Made by a program: the position numbers and the translations under genes. This document shows positions 37,240 to 52,200 of a stretch of 64,000 bases of DNA, piece after piece (position 1 is the first letter of the stretch; each line of letters starts with the position of its first letter). The stretch is from contig NC_086108.1 in the NCBI RefSeq assembly GCF_963921235.1, positions 93,746,001-93,810,000 of the forward strand. Reading direction: 5' to 3'. This DNA comes from Mobula hypostoma. Lineage: Eukaryota. The notes beneath the pieces are model-generated. The model was not told the DNA's origin. It searched no databases and saw only the letters and a list, made by a program, of their open reading frames with translations.

Positions 37240-40200
37240 CTGAAAGACAACAGGAAGAAAATGTTAGATAAGAATTAGGTAGATGTCTTGGTTAGACTTC
37301 GTTATTAATTTCCTTTGACTATTTTCAATCAGGAATGTGAAACCTGCCCTACCTGGAAGACACTGTGTCATTATAGTGAAACCAACCCAAGATCCTACCT
37401 AGAGAAGGCAACAGATTGAGAGGATTACAGACTGATTCAGAAACAGTAGACAGTTATTCAATTTGTAAATCTGGGTAATTTGCTTTTAACTACAACACAG
37501 CAGATTACACATTTACATATGTAAATTATGTTAGACATCATGAAGTAATGAAATGCAAATTATTAAATTACTCGTTGGAATATTAATAAGCATTAATTAC
37601 TACATTTACAGTTAAAGAAATAGTATCCGTAATAAAGAGACTTAAATCCTGACAGCAAACAATTTAATTAACAATATTGTTTCTCTGTCACTGGATACAA
37701 AGTGGACACAAATTTCTCACCGTGACCTCGGTCCACCTCAGTTCACAGCTCTTGTCTGATGGAGCCACCAAGAGTCTACGGTTCATGTGTGGTTCCGAGA
37801 ATCGAGCTACTAACATATGAGCAGGTCTCTGCTGATGTGGGAAATCCAGAGCAACGTGTACAAAGTGCTGGAGGAACTCAGCAGGTCAGGCAGCATCTAT
37901 GGAGGGGAATAAAGAGTTGATGTTTTGGGTCGAGACCCTTCATTAGGACTGAAAGGGGGAAAAGAAGCCAGAAGGTCTGGTCGCCCTCCTCCTTCCCTTT
38001 CTCCCATGGTCCACTGTCCTCTCCTCCCTGATTCCTCCTTCTTCGGCCCTTTACCTCTTCCACCTGTCACCTTCCCAGCTTCTCACTTCATCCCTCTCAC
38101 CTTTCAGTCCGTACTACTTCCCCCCTCCCCCACACTCTTATTCTGGCTTCTGCACCCTTCCCAGTGAAGGCCTGAAACGTCGACCCTTTATTCCTCTCCA
38201 TAAATGCTGCCTCATGTATTTAAGTGCTAACGCTATGGCAGGGAGCTCTGGTGGGGATATACTGATATGGGTAGTACCCAGGAATAAAGCTCTGCGCTCA
38301 GTGTGGGAGGTATGCTTTATATCTAATACGTTAAACTTTAACAGTTAAAGGTAATACAGAGCGTGAAGAAAGGTAAATATCATCATCCCTGAAGTAGTAC
38401 TTCTAAAACTCTGATCCAAGGCCTTCAATGAAGGCAATTTGCACTACAGATGACAAGTACCATCTCTGCTGGGTACAAACCATTACAGATGTGTGAGACC
38501 TCTTGGCGCAGAACATACCTCATAGGTGTAATTGGGACAAGAAACAAAGAAGAAGAGCCAGGTAAAAGGGTTCTTGGTCGGGTGAGGAATCTTCCGCACT
38601 TTGGACCCTGGGGAGGAAATGAGTGCACATGGCCCGTGAGTACTTCCAAAACACTGCATACTACCCTATCACCGAGGCCCCAGACAGGCTTCCTGACTCA
38701 TGAACTTTCCAATTTCACACTAACATTTTCCTGTTGGTGTAAGTAATATCTTTGAACTCCCTGAACTATTAATCACAGCAAATTAGTCCCATAGAGTCTA
38801 AAGAGTAGAGCAGTCAGTCGGAGGGAAGGAATCATGACCCCAGTAAATTGTCGGGATAAGATCATGGGACTAGTGTAAACCAGTGTTTCCCAACCTTTTT
38901 TTTCAGCTCAACACCCCCCAAAGCACCTTCATACTTGCCAACACCCCCTAAAGCACCTTCATACATGCCAATACCCCTCTTAGGCACATTATACTTTCCG
39001 GCGCCCCCATAGTGTAAAAATATTTCTACCATATGCCAACATGAGAAAAATGATTCTGCTTTAAATTTTTATTTGTCTTTAAACCTAGCTTACACAGTAC
39101 CTGCGCACTGTAAGACAGCTTCGATATCAATGTGATCTTTGAGCTTGGTGGTTTTTAGCAAGAGTTGTAATATCTGGTTTAAGTTGTGACAGCAAAAGCC
39201 TTAAGTCCCCACAAGTAACAATGTCTAAGCAGTTTCTGTTTCTGTGAATATGTGGTTCACTGCACTGAAGCCTCTTTCAACAAAGTGGGAGGATGGAAAT
39301 GCAATGAAGGGCAGTCTGGCTCTTCTCCAAAGACCAGGAAACTTGTGACAGTGTAGCCACATACAACAAAAACTGACATTTTTGAAAAGCTGTTTTGCTT
39401 CTTCATCATTCTGTATTCTGATAATTTCTTCTTGCAAGCTCTCTTCTTGTTCTACCTACTTGCAAAGAGATGGGTTAATTACCCAGTCCGGAATTTCCAG
39501 ATCATTCAAATCCTTGAATCAATTTTGAAAACCCTTCTTCAGTGACTGAAGGTGTAAGCAGTACTCTTGCAAATCACCATCCGTGAAAGACAGTAACATA
39601 CTTTCCATGGAGGGAAACAGAGAACATTCTTCTCCCAATGTTTTGCTCATATATTTCCAATTTTTCGATAAAAGTGGACACTGCACTATTTGTCTGCATT
39701 AAAATAAATTTCTCACCCTGCAGTTTCATATTTAGAATGTTCATTTTGTCATACAGGTTGGCTAGGTATGCCACATCTCCATATAGTTCAGTCTTGTTTC
39801 CCAAGCTCTTGTCAACTTTGAACAAAAATTCAACCACAGTGTCAAAAAGTTCAAAGAAACATTTTAAGCAGCAGCCTTTTCACAGCCAACACACTTTAGT
39901 ATGGAGAAAAAGACACTCAAACTCTTCATCGTTATCTTGGCATAACCGGCAAAATATTCTGCTATTTAATGGAGAAGCTTTAATTTTGTTGATAGCAGGT
40001 ATTACAAGAGTTATGCTTGAAAAAAATAAGTTGCTGGCAGAGGTTTTTGGCCGCGAGGTGTTGATATGAATTACACAATGGATTGCAAACAGACTTGGAA
40101 TTTCTTTTTTCATAAATGCCACTAAACCAGCATGGCAACCTGTCATATATGATGCTCCATCTGTTGTACAAGAAATCATGTTCCTAATCGGAATACTTTT

Positions 40201-43200
40201 ATCCTCAGGATACATTTTGAGATCGTCATATAGTGATACTTGTTTTTAACTTTTTACAGAGGAGAACCTCTTCATAAACTTTTCCATTTTTGATAAACTG
40301 TATATATGCCATTAACAATGCCTTGTTGCCTCGCATGGTTGACTAATCCAATTGTACCCCAAATTCTGTTTTTCATAGCTCTGTACATATTTGATACTCA
40401 ATGTCTTCACTCATTTCATCAATACGACAATCTACAGAGTTATATCTCAGAGGAATTGTTTGTAAAATACTGGTATCCATTTTGAGAACAGTGGTGAGCA
40501 CTTCTGATACAGCAGGCATTATTAATCTTTCACCAAATGGTGTGATTTTCCACACATTGCGATCATTTTGGAAATGTTATGAGAAGCAATGAGGCCATAT
40601 CAAGGTAATTTTTAGCTTTCATGGCAAGTGACTCGAGTGTGCAAAGCTTTTCAAATGTTTCTTTCATCTTCTGGAATTGAGTAATACCATAAGTAGCCTT
40701 TTCAGGGTGCCTTTTACAGAAGTGTTCCTGCAATCTTGATGGTGTCTTGGCTTCTTTAGACAGTACGGTATTACAAATAAGACACATGGAGCGTCACTGA
40801 TCTGAGGAGAATTGAATAAAACCATACTCCAGGTATGTTACATTGTATTGACAGGCTTTCTGTAGTTCTGTTTCTTAGCAGGATTAGAATTCAAGGCTTC
40901 ACCACCTTCAGACTCAGAGATCACAGGCTACGCATTTACCCATCATTAACAGGGCTAAATTAACAGAAAACTAACCACAAACTGGGAATGCTAATTGGAC
41001 ATTGATGACAGCAGCGAGTTGACACAGTTGGTCAGGTCTCGTGCCTCAAGTTAGGGTGCCACTTACCACAGCCGCCCCCCAAGTATCTTGAACGCCCCCT
41101 GATGACCTCTATTTCCCCTAATGCCTCCTTAGGACACGTAACCTCCCCCATTGGGAATCACTGATGTAAAAGGATGTTTGACAGTCAGTCCAGATGATGG
41201 GTTGAAGAGCCTGTTTGTGCACTGCATGGCTCTATGTCTCTAAATTAATGGATAAGGACGAGTTACTGTCACCTTACATGCAACAGTAAAGAAATCAGTT
41301 CCATTTTTGCAAGAGTTCCACTCTTGAGAGCTTAGTCTTGTAATCTGCCACGCAGTTTTCACCCGACTGTTGACAATTTCTTTCCTTCCACAGATGCTAC
41401 CTGTCCTGCTGAGTTCCCCCAGCATATTGTCCACTGCTTATTCTTATAATTTTCTATAAAAAGGAAAGGTTAGTTTTTTGAGTGGCTTTTCCAGTGGGAA
41501 CTTGTTACATGCCATTTGTTTGTTTGTACTGGAAGGTACAACATTTGATCTGACATTTTTCCAGTCTTTCTTGCCGCAATTTTGCCTCATCTCCCTTAAG
41601 TTACTACTGTTGAGAGCTAATTTAAAGATTAATAGGAGACCGCTCAACTTGAGCAGCTCACTGAGAATGCTGGAGGAACTCAGCAGGTCAGGCAGCATTT
41701 ATGGAGGGAAATGCTGGACATTTTGGGCGAGACCCTCCATCTGTTCATCTCGCCCTCCAGCATCGAGATCAAACCTAATTCACTCAGCAGGTTGCAGTAT
41801 GTAGATGGCACTTTCAGAGGCGGAACTTCAAATCATCTTCAACTCACTCACTGGAAGTGTGAGCGGATGGGTCCTCCGCCAAGCCTCTCCAGCACGGAGG
41901 ACCTCTATCACAGCTTGCCTGCCATTCTACACAGCTCCCTGGCCACAAGTGTCCACAAATGGACCCTGAGAACATGGACCACTTCCAATATCTCAGGAGC
42001 CAAATCAAAGTAGACATCAATGAAGAAGTCCACCATTACCTGCAGGGCACAAGCTCAGTCTTTGTCCATCTGAGAAACAGAGGGCTTGAAAATTACCCCT
42101 GTGTTCCTGGATCCTTCGGAGATATTGTCAACCTACAACAGGCATCTCAAAGCACTTTTTAAACCATGGCCAATGTTACTTCTGCAAGTCCTCCAAATCC
42201 ACTGGGAGAATAAACAAATCCAGTACCTGCATCATATGTTAGGGCCAACATTCCCAACACTCAGTCAGTTCTGCTGAGCAGGTCCTATCATTTGCAACCT
42301 CAGCCCAGGCTCCTGAAACAGGCACTCAATCCTGATTGATACTGCAAGGGGAGATTCCCAGGACAGAGAAGGTTCATGGATGTTCTCAAGCTCACCTTAA
42401 AAAGGTGTAACATCCCTACAATTCAGAGGAATTCCTAACCCTGGACAGTTACAATTCAAAGTTTAGATGAGCTTTGTTTGCTACATGTACATCGAAATAC
42501 AGTGAGATGTGTTGTTTGTGTCAATGCCCAACACAGTCCAAGGATGTGCTGGGGGCAGCCCACAAGTGTCACCATTCTTCCGGCACCAATGTGGCATGCC
42601 CGCAGCTTTCCATGCTGCACAACACCAGGGCTCTGTCTCTATGATTGCTTAAAGTGGAGAGGGAGCATGAGGAATCTGATGGCCATTCACCAGCCCATCG
42701 CCACCCAAAGTACCCACCCACTTTGTCTGCCACACCTGTGGCAGAGTCTGCATGCCCAACATCAGTCACCTCAGTACCCACAAAACTGGAATGGAAACCC
42801 ATCACCCTCAGTCCTAAGGGATTGCCAAAGAAGACGACCATCCCTCTGCCTGCCATGTTCTGGAGGAAGGCATGGCATCTGAGTTAGCAGTTCTTGGTCT
42901 AGCATGTAAACTTCTGTACTGGCCAGTGGGAACGAGAGAATAAACCACATCCCCATCTGCCTTCTTGGGCGGACAGAAAGACTCCAACACACCAAGGCAG
43001 TTCTGCTGAATGTGACTGGCCAACACCACATTAACCACCAGCACAATCTCCTTTTCCTGTCTCTGTCTGCAAGACCTTACTGCAAGCACATTGTTGATTA
43101 ATATAATAAGTAAGTTGTGAAGCAGATCATTCTGGGGCTATGATGGGTAATATGTACAAGGGAGTTAATTTCACTGAATTGCTGAACAGTTGGTTCTATC

Positions 43201-46200
43201 TCCTCCATTCCAATAGAATGGATAATATATGAAACAATTTGGATTGTTTTAGTTGGAATGAGTACAGAGAAAATTTACGAGGATATTGCTGGGACTTGAG
43301 GACCTGAGTCATCAGGAAAGGTTGAATTGGTTATGTCTTTATTCCCTGGAGCGTAGAAGAATGAGGGGAGATTTGATAAAAGTATACAAAATTAGGAGAG
43401 GTACAGCTAGGGTAAATGCAAGCAGGCTTTCTCCACTGAGATTGGGTGAGAGTTCAACTAGAGGTCATAGGTTAAGGGTGAAAGGTAAAATGTTTAAGGA
43501 GAACATCAGGGGGAACTTCTTCACTCAGAGAGTGGTGAGAGTGTAGAACAAGCTGCCAGGGGAAGTGGTGGATGAGGGTTTAATTTCAACGTTTAAGAGA
43601 AGTTTTGATAAGGTCATTGATGGGAGAGGTATGGAGGTCTGGGTGCAGGTCGACGGGACTATGCAGAATAACAGTTCAGCATGGGCTATGTAGGCCGAAG
43701 GGCCTATTTCTGTACTATATAATTTCCAATGGGAATATACTGTAAGAACATCAATGGTAGATACATGTGGAATGAGAGATGGCAAGATTTAAACCAGGCT
43801 CAAAAAGTGAGCTGGAACTTGGATTAAAATAGGAAAATCAGCATTATTTTATTTTATGCCTAATACTCCCAGAAGAAACATTTTTCATTATTTTTGTAGT
43901 GTTTGCCCATTTAAAGCCATCCAGCCCATCATCGATCTCACACTGGAGTCCATTTCCCATTACATTTCTTGCACAGGACGCTCTTTGATAGAAATTGGAT
44001 TGAAAGGTGGAAATTGTAATGAGGATGTTTCAGTTGCAGTAGGAAGAAAGAAAGAAAGAGCAAGTCACTTGACAATTTTTGTAAGTGTGTGTGTGTGTGT
44101 GTGTGTGTCCCACAGGACACACATACATATCATACATATACACACATGCACCCACACATTCTCACACACATGCATGCACACTCTCACACACATAAAACCA
44201 AGTTCTAGACATTCTAAAAGTAAGAAAATCATCGTAGTGATTCCTTATAACAGCATTGTCCCAGTTTCATTCTTCAGTGACTTCTAATTTGGTGCTGGAT
44301 AAATTAGGTAAAAACCAATTTCAAGGCTGAATTTTTTTTCAGCTGGGTGGTCTATGCAGAACCACATTGAGAGCAGTGAATGACGAACCAAAAAGCCACG
44401 GGGCTGTGGTAGTACTTACCCTCAGAACGTAGGTTCCTCAAGGCTATGTGGATTGAGAAATTCCCAACTTCACATACCTACAGTGATGAAACAAACATAG
44501 TGACATGGTAATAAACAGCCCATCCTCTGCAAGACAATGTTCTATCTTTCTTTACCCAGAAGAAACCCTCCATGGTCACAGGGAGAACATACAAACTCCT
44601 TATAGACGCGGCAGAAATTGAACCCAGGTCTATGTTCTATGACGGCTTTAAAATGAAGAGCAGTCATGTGGATTCCACAATGACCTCGGAGCGGAAGTGA
44701 AGAATGTCGAGTGAGGGAAGATATGCTAGTGGCTCAAGATTAAGGTTAATCTTCTTTGCCATCACCACCTTACAAAAGAGTGCCGAAACAATTGATTACT
44801 TTTGTGACAGCATAAAATAAATTCTAATCTCCGGCAGATGGGGTGGGATCTCTTTAATCTACAGGCTGATAGTTTTATCGCTCCAGTTTGAATGGAAATG
44901 GAGTCAAAGCAAGCATTAGATGTTACCGGATGGCATAACCTACCAGAAAGGTAATCAGAGCCACGTTGACTTGTTGGTCACCATATACTGTAAAAAACAT
45001 AAAGCAAATTAGGACCAAACATGGCTTAAAATGGATCTTGGTCAGCAGCTGGGATGTAGAGTTCCCCGTATTCTGTTACTTACAGGGAGGTGTGTAGAGA
45101 GGATGATTGATGAAATAAGCCAGCCATGCCGTGAACCCCCAATAATAGAAACAATTCTGTGGAGACAAAGGTCGACATTCAGACAGCAGGCCAGACCTCT
45201 TCAACCCAATGACTCAACTTTCTAATCAGCTGCGGTTTCTGGAAACATAAAGTCTTTTGATTCAGTTTTTCCAGACAAGTGGATTTAAGTGTGTCCTGGA
45301 AATCTCTGCTGGACAGATGGTGAATAATCCAACACTCCCACTCAAGAGCAAACTTTATGGGTGACTTTAAGTTACCCAGTTTACTAGTTGGAAAGTTTAT
45401 TTTATTTCAATTAAATGTGTCTAACTGATGTGTATCAATAAACCAAAAAATTAAACAGAATTAGGCCATTCGGTCAGGACTAATCTTTTCCCCTCTCAAC
45501 CGCATTCTTCTGCTTTATCTCCATAACCTTTGATGCCCTTACCCAACCTCCACTTTAAACATACCCAAAGACTTACCCTCCACTCTCTTTCAAAATAAAT
45601 TCTTCCTCATCCTGTTCTAAAGGGACATCCTTCCATACTGAGGCTGTGCTCCCTGGGTCTAGACTCTCTCACTATTGGAAATATCCTCTCTGCTTCCAAT
45701 CTATCTAGGCTTTTTAGTATTCAATAAGTTTCAATGAGATCCTCTCTCATTCTGCTAAACCTCGAGCAAGTACAGGCCCAGAGCCATCAACTCTCCTCAT
45801 ATGTTAACCCTTTCACTACTGGGATCATTCTCGTGAACCTTCTCCAATGCCAGCACATCCTTTCCCAGATATTGGGCAAAAAACTTCTCACAATACTCCA
45901 AGTGCAGTCTGACCAGTCCTTATAAAGACTCAGCATTACATCCTTATATACTCTAGTCCTCTGGAAATGAATCTTAACCTTGCATTTGCCTTCCTTACCA
46001 CCATCTCAACCCACAAGTTAACTTTTAGGGCATCCTGCAGGAGGACTCCCAAGTCCTTTTGCACCTCTGAGTTCTGAATTTGCTCCCTGTTTAGAAAATA
46101 GTCTATACCTTTATTTCTTCTAACACCTCTCATCAAACACCATCAAACACCTCTCATTTATATTCCATCTGCCACTTCTTTGCCCATCTCTTATTCTCAT

Positions 46201-49200
46201 CAAGTCCTTCCACAGACTCTCTGCTTCCTCAACACTACCTGCCCCTCCACTTATCTTTGTATTGTCCAAAGACTTGACCACCAATTCCTTCATCCAAATC
46301 ATTGACATATAATGTGAAAAGAAACACCAATGCCAACCCAAGCAGAACACCACTAGACATTGGCAGCCAGCCATAATAGGCCCCCTTTATTAGACCATAA
46401 GACATGGGAGCAGAACTTCAGCCCATCGAGTCTGCTCCACCATTCCATCATGACTGATACCGGATCCCACTCAACCCCATACACCTGCCTTCTCACCCTA
46501 TCCTTTGAAGTCCTGACCGCTCAGGAAACTTTCGCCTGAAATACACCCACGGACTTGGCCTCCACCACAGTCTGTGACAGAGCGTTCCATGGATTTGCTC
46601 CTCTCTGGCTAAAAAAATTCCTCCTTTATCTGTTTTAAAAGGCCGCCCCTCAATTTTGGGGCTGTACCTTCTAATTGTAGATACACCCACCATATCCTCT
46701 CCACATCCACCCTATCTAGTCCTTTCAACATTCGATAGGTTTCAATGATATCCCCCTGCATTCTTCTAAATTGCAGGGAGTACAGGCCCAAAGCTGCCAA
46801 ATGCTCCTCATATGTTAACCCCTTCATTTCTGGAATCATCCCTCATGAATCTCCTCCAGACTCTCTCCAATGACAACACATCATTTCTGAGATATGGGGC
46901 CCAAACTGTTAACAAATCTCCAAGTGTGACCTGACTGGTGTCTTATAAAGCCTCAGCATTATCTCCTTGCTTTTATATTCTATTCCCCTTGAAAAAAAAT
47001 GCCAACATTGCATTTGCCTTCTTTACCACAGACTCAAATTGTAAATTAACCTTCTAGGAGTCTTGCACAAGGACTCCTAAGTCCCTCTGCACCTCGGATG
47101 CTTGAATTTTCTCCCCATTTAGATAATACTCTGCATTATTGTTCCTTTTACCAAAATGCATGACCATCAATTCCATTATCCAAGCCACAGACAATGTGAA
47201 AAGTAGCGATCCCAATACTGACCCCAGAGGAACACCACTAGTCACTTGCAGCCAACCAGAAAAGGTCCCTCTAATTCCCACTCGCTGCCTCCTGCCTGTC
47301 AGCCATTCCTCTATCCATACCAGTATCTTTCCTGTAACACCATAGGATTTTATCTTGTTAAGCAGCCTCATGTGTGGCACCTTATCAAATGTCTTCTGAA
47401 AATCCAAGTAACTGACATCCACTGCCTCTCCTTTGTCCACCCTGCTTGTTACTTCCTCGAGGATCTCTAACAGATTTGTCAGGCAAGATTTTCCTTTACA
47501 GAAACCATGCTGACTGATTTATTTTATCATTAGTCTCCAAGTACCCTGAAACCTCATCCTTAATAATAGACTCCAACACTTTCCCAACCACTGAGGTTAG
47601 GCTAACTGGCCTATAATTTCCTTTCTTTTGCCTTCCTCCCATCTTAAAGAGTGGAGTGACATTTACAATTTTCCAGTCCTCTGGATTTTTGAAGGATCAT
47701 TACTAATGCCTCCTCAATCTCTTCAGCTACCTCTTTCAGAACCCTGGGTTGTAGTCCATCTGGTCCAGAAGACTTATTTACCTTCAGACCTTTCAATTTC
47801 CCAAGCACCTTTTTAGTAACAGCAACTACACTCACTTCTGCCCCCAGACGCTTACGAATTTCTGGCATTCTGCCAGTGTCTTCCACAGTAAAGACTGACG
47901 CAAAATACTTATTCAGTTTGTCCACCATTGTTATGCCCCCCCCCGCCCCAATTACCACCTCTCCAGCATCATTTTAGAGCACTCTTGCCTAACTTTTACT
48001 CCGTACGTATCTGAAAAAACTTTTGATATTCTCTGTTACATTATTGGTTCGCTTACCTTTATATGTCATCTTTTCTCTCATTACCTTTTTAGGTAACTTC
48101 TGTTGATTTTCGTAAACCTTCCCAGTCCACTAGCTTCCCACTAATTTTTGCTATTTTATATGCTTTCTCTTTTGCTTTTATAGAACATAGAAACCTACAA
48201 CACATTACAGGCCCTTCGGCCCACATTGTTGTGCTGACCATGCAACCTACTCTGCCTAGAATTTCCGTACCGCATAGCCCTCTATTTTTCTAAGCTCCGT
48301 GTACCTATTTAAGAGTCTCTTAAAAGACTCTAATGCCTCCACCACCATTGCTGGCAGTGCATTCCACGTACCCACCACTCACTGTGTGAAAAACTTACCC
48401 TTGACATCCCCTCTGTACCTACGTCCAAGCACCTTAAAACTACGCCCCATCGTGTTAGCCATTTGAGCCCTGGGAAAAAGCCTCTGGCTATCCACACGAT
48501 CAATGTCTCTCATTTAGCCTGACTTTGACTTCCCTTGTCAGCCACTAGTTTATTTTATTTTAAGTTTCTAACTGATGTGTATTAGTAAACCAAAAGATAA
48601 GTGCTACTGGACTCCCTTACAACAAGGCTGGACTTAGCAACCTGGTTTGCTAATCGTTCATCTGCCCCACGCACGCGCAACAAAGCTATTTCTCCTTTGC
48701 TGAACCAGCACTGTGAGTGTTCCAACTTCAAGGGGATCTTTTACCATGAACCAACTGCTGGAGGAGTTCAGCAGGTCAAGCCAGTTCCGTGGAAGGAAAG
48801 GAACTTACAATATTTTCAATTTTTAAAGATGCTGCCCAACCCGTCCAGCAGATGTGTACTGCTTCAGGTGCCAGCATCTGCAGTCTCCTTTGTCTCAAGT
48901 ACAGGTTAGTTTTATTTGTCACATGGGCATAGAAACAAACAGTGAAAGACATCATTTTGCATCAAATCAAATCAGCGAGTATTGTGTAGGGCAGCCCACA
49001 AGTGTCATCAGTTTTCCTGCGGCAACACAGCATTCCCACAGCTCACTAACCCTAACCATGTGTCGTTAGAATGTGGGGGGAAACCAGAGCACCCGGAGGA
49101 ACCCAACACAGTCACGGGGAGAACATGCAAACTCTGCGCAAACGGTGGTGGAAATCGAACAGTAATTGGTGATCACTGGCGCTGGAAAACGATTACGCTG

Positions 49201-52200
49201 ATCGCTACTCTACCATGCTACCTCATTTGCCATGTGCCTGCATTTATCTCATCTCCCTCAAAGCCTTCCCTAAGCATTGTAGTTTTACTTGCCTCTACCA
49301 CCTCCCCTGGCAGCTCATACAAAACACCCAACACTGTATGACTGGAAGGTGGGAGGAAACCAGAGCACCTGGAGAAAACACACACAGCCACGGGAGAACA
49401 TACAAACTCCTTACAGACTGCAGCAGGAAATTAAAGCCCAATTTCACAGCTGGTGCTGTAGTAGCATTATGCCAACCACTACACAATGGTGCCACTCAAC
49501 TGGATTTTGTTTCGATGTGTCAAGAATGACCTATTTAAGCTTATTTACCTCTAGATTTCATGGGTTCGGTTCACCACCATGTACGTAAGAGCTGCTAAAC
49601 TCATTTGTCTGCAAGAAATAACCACCCAGTACTGTCTCTCAAGGTTGTCCTCACATGATACGGAATAGAACATAGTCATTCGTCCCACAAGCTGAGATTT
49701 AGAAGCTGGCTGATCTACGTTTTAACTCTATCTCCTGTCTTCTTTCCATATCCCTTCACACTTTTGCCTAACTAAAGCCTACCAGCTCCAGTTCACCCAC
49801 AACTCTAAGTGAGTGGGTTCCAGGTTTCCTCTCTCAGGTCCCACTATGACACGCCAGCTGTATGATAGCTGTGCCCATCATGGTGAAAATCCCATCCAAA
49901 CATAGTAGTCTCTCACAACTTGTCTGATCAGGCACTCTGATCATCCGATATGGAACATAGAACCGGACTGCACGGCAACAGGTTCTCTAACCCACAATGT
50001 CTGCTCCAGAGACAACACCAAGTTAAACTAAATCCCTTCTGTCTGTCCATGATCCACATTCTTCCATTCCCTGAGCATTCGAGTGTCCATCTAAAAGCCC
50101 CTTAAATGCTGCCATTGTATCTACTTCCGCCACCACTCCCGGCAGCCCGTGAGTGGGTACAGCCACAAGGCAGCAAAGGTTTCAGATCAGAGATGTCCTT
50201 CTCTTGGACGAGCTGCCAACCGAGGCTTACGAGCCCTATCTTGCCCAAATTGACTGGTTTTACGGCACCAGTAACCTGCCTCTCCCCCTTCTCCTGTCTG
50301 TTGAAGCAGTTCCGCCGGGCTTAGTAGCTACGCCACCCATGAAGGCCAGGAGCAGGACGTGGTTATCAGAGGCTATTTGAGATAGAAACATAGAAACATA
50401 GAAAATAGGTGCAGGAGTAGGCCATTCAGCCCTTCGAGCCTGCACCGCCATTTATTATGATCATGGCTGATCATCCAACTCAGAACCCCGCCCCAGCCTT
50501 CCCTCCATACCCCCTGACCCCCGTAGCCACAAGGGCCATATCTAACTCCCTCTTAAATATAGCCAATGAACTGGCCTCAACAGTTTCCTGTGGCAGAGAA
50601 TTCCACAGATTCACCACTCTCTGTGTGAAGAAGTTTTTCCTAATCTCGGTCCTAAAAGGCTTCCCCTCTATCCTCAAACTGTGACCCCTCGTTCTGGACT
50701 TCCCCAACATCGGGAACAATCTTCCTGCATCTAGCCTGTCCAATCCCTTTAGGATCTTATACGTTTCAATCAGATCCCCCCTCAATCTTCTAAATTCCAA
50801 CGAGTACAAGCCCAACTCATCTAGCCTTTCTTCATATGAAAGTCCCGCCATCCCAGGAATCAATCTGGTGAACCTTCTTTGTACTCCTTCTATGGCAAAG
50901 ATGTCTTTCCTCAGATTAGGGGACCAAAACTGCACACAATACTCCAGGTGTGGTCTCACCAAGGCCTTGTACAACTGTAGTAGTACCTCCCTGCTCCTGT
51001 ACTCGAATCCTCTCGCTATGAATGCCAGCATACCATTCGCCTTTTTCACCGCCTGCTGTACCTGCATGCCCACTTTCAATGACTGGTGTATAATGACACC
51101 CAGGTCTCGTTGCACCTCCCCTTTTCCTAATCGGCCACCATTCAGATAATAATCTGTTTTCCTATTTTTGCCACCAAAGTGGATAACTTCACATTTATCC
51201 ACATTAAATTGCATCTGCCATGAATTTGCCCACTCACCCAACCTATCCAAGTCACCCTGCATCCTCTTAGCATCCTCCTCACTGCTAACACTGCCACCCA
51301 GCTTCGTGTCATCCGCAAACTTGGAGATGCTGCATTTAATTCCCTCATCCAAGTCATTAATATATATTGTAAACAACTGGGGTCACAGCACTGAGCCTTG
51401 CGGTACCCCACTAGTCACCGCCTGCCATCCTGAAAAGGTCCCGTTTATTCCCACTCTTTGCTTCCTGTCTGCTAACTAATTCTCCACCCACACCAATACC
51501 TTACCCCCAATACCGTGTGCTTTAAGTTTGCACACTAATCTCCTGTGTGGGACCTTGTCAAAAGCCTTTTGAAAATCCAATTATACCACATCCACTGGTT
51601 CTCCCCTATCCACTCTACTAGTTACACCCTCAAAAAATTCTATGAGATTCGTCAGACATGATTTTCCTTTCACAAATCCATGCTGACTTTGTCCGATCAT
51701 TTCACCGCTTTCCAAATGTGCTGTTATCACATCCTTGATAACTGACTCCAGCAGTTTCCCCACCACCGACGTTAGGCTAACCGGTCTATAATTCCCCGGT
51801 TTCTCTCTCCCTCCTTTTTTAAAAAGTGGGGTTACATTAGCCACCCTCCAATCCTCAGGAACTAGTCCAGAATCTAACGAGTTTTGAAAAATTATCACTA
51901 ATGCATCCACTATCTCTTGGGCTACTTCCTTAAGCACTCTAGGATGCAGACCATCTGGCCCTGGGGATTTATCTGCCTTCAATCCCTTCAATTTACCTAA
52001 CACCACTTCCCTACTAACATGTATTTCGCTCAGTTCCTCCATCCCACTGGACCCTCTGTCCCTTACTATTTCTGGAAGATTATTTATGTCCTCCTTAGTG
52101 AAGACAGAACCAAAGTAACTATTCAATTGGTCTGCCATTGGGACGCCATTGGGAGCATCTACTAGATAGTAGGAGTTTATCACCACTACCTCCCCCAGCT

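Noticed and set aside
38908..39010. ~30-bp repeats resembling a CRISPR array
   Set aside because: No unique spacers, eukaryotic context; these are hAT subterminal repeats.
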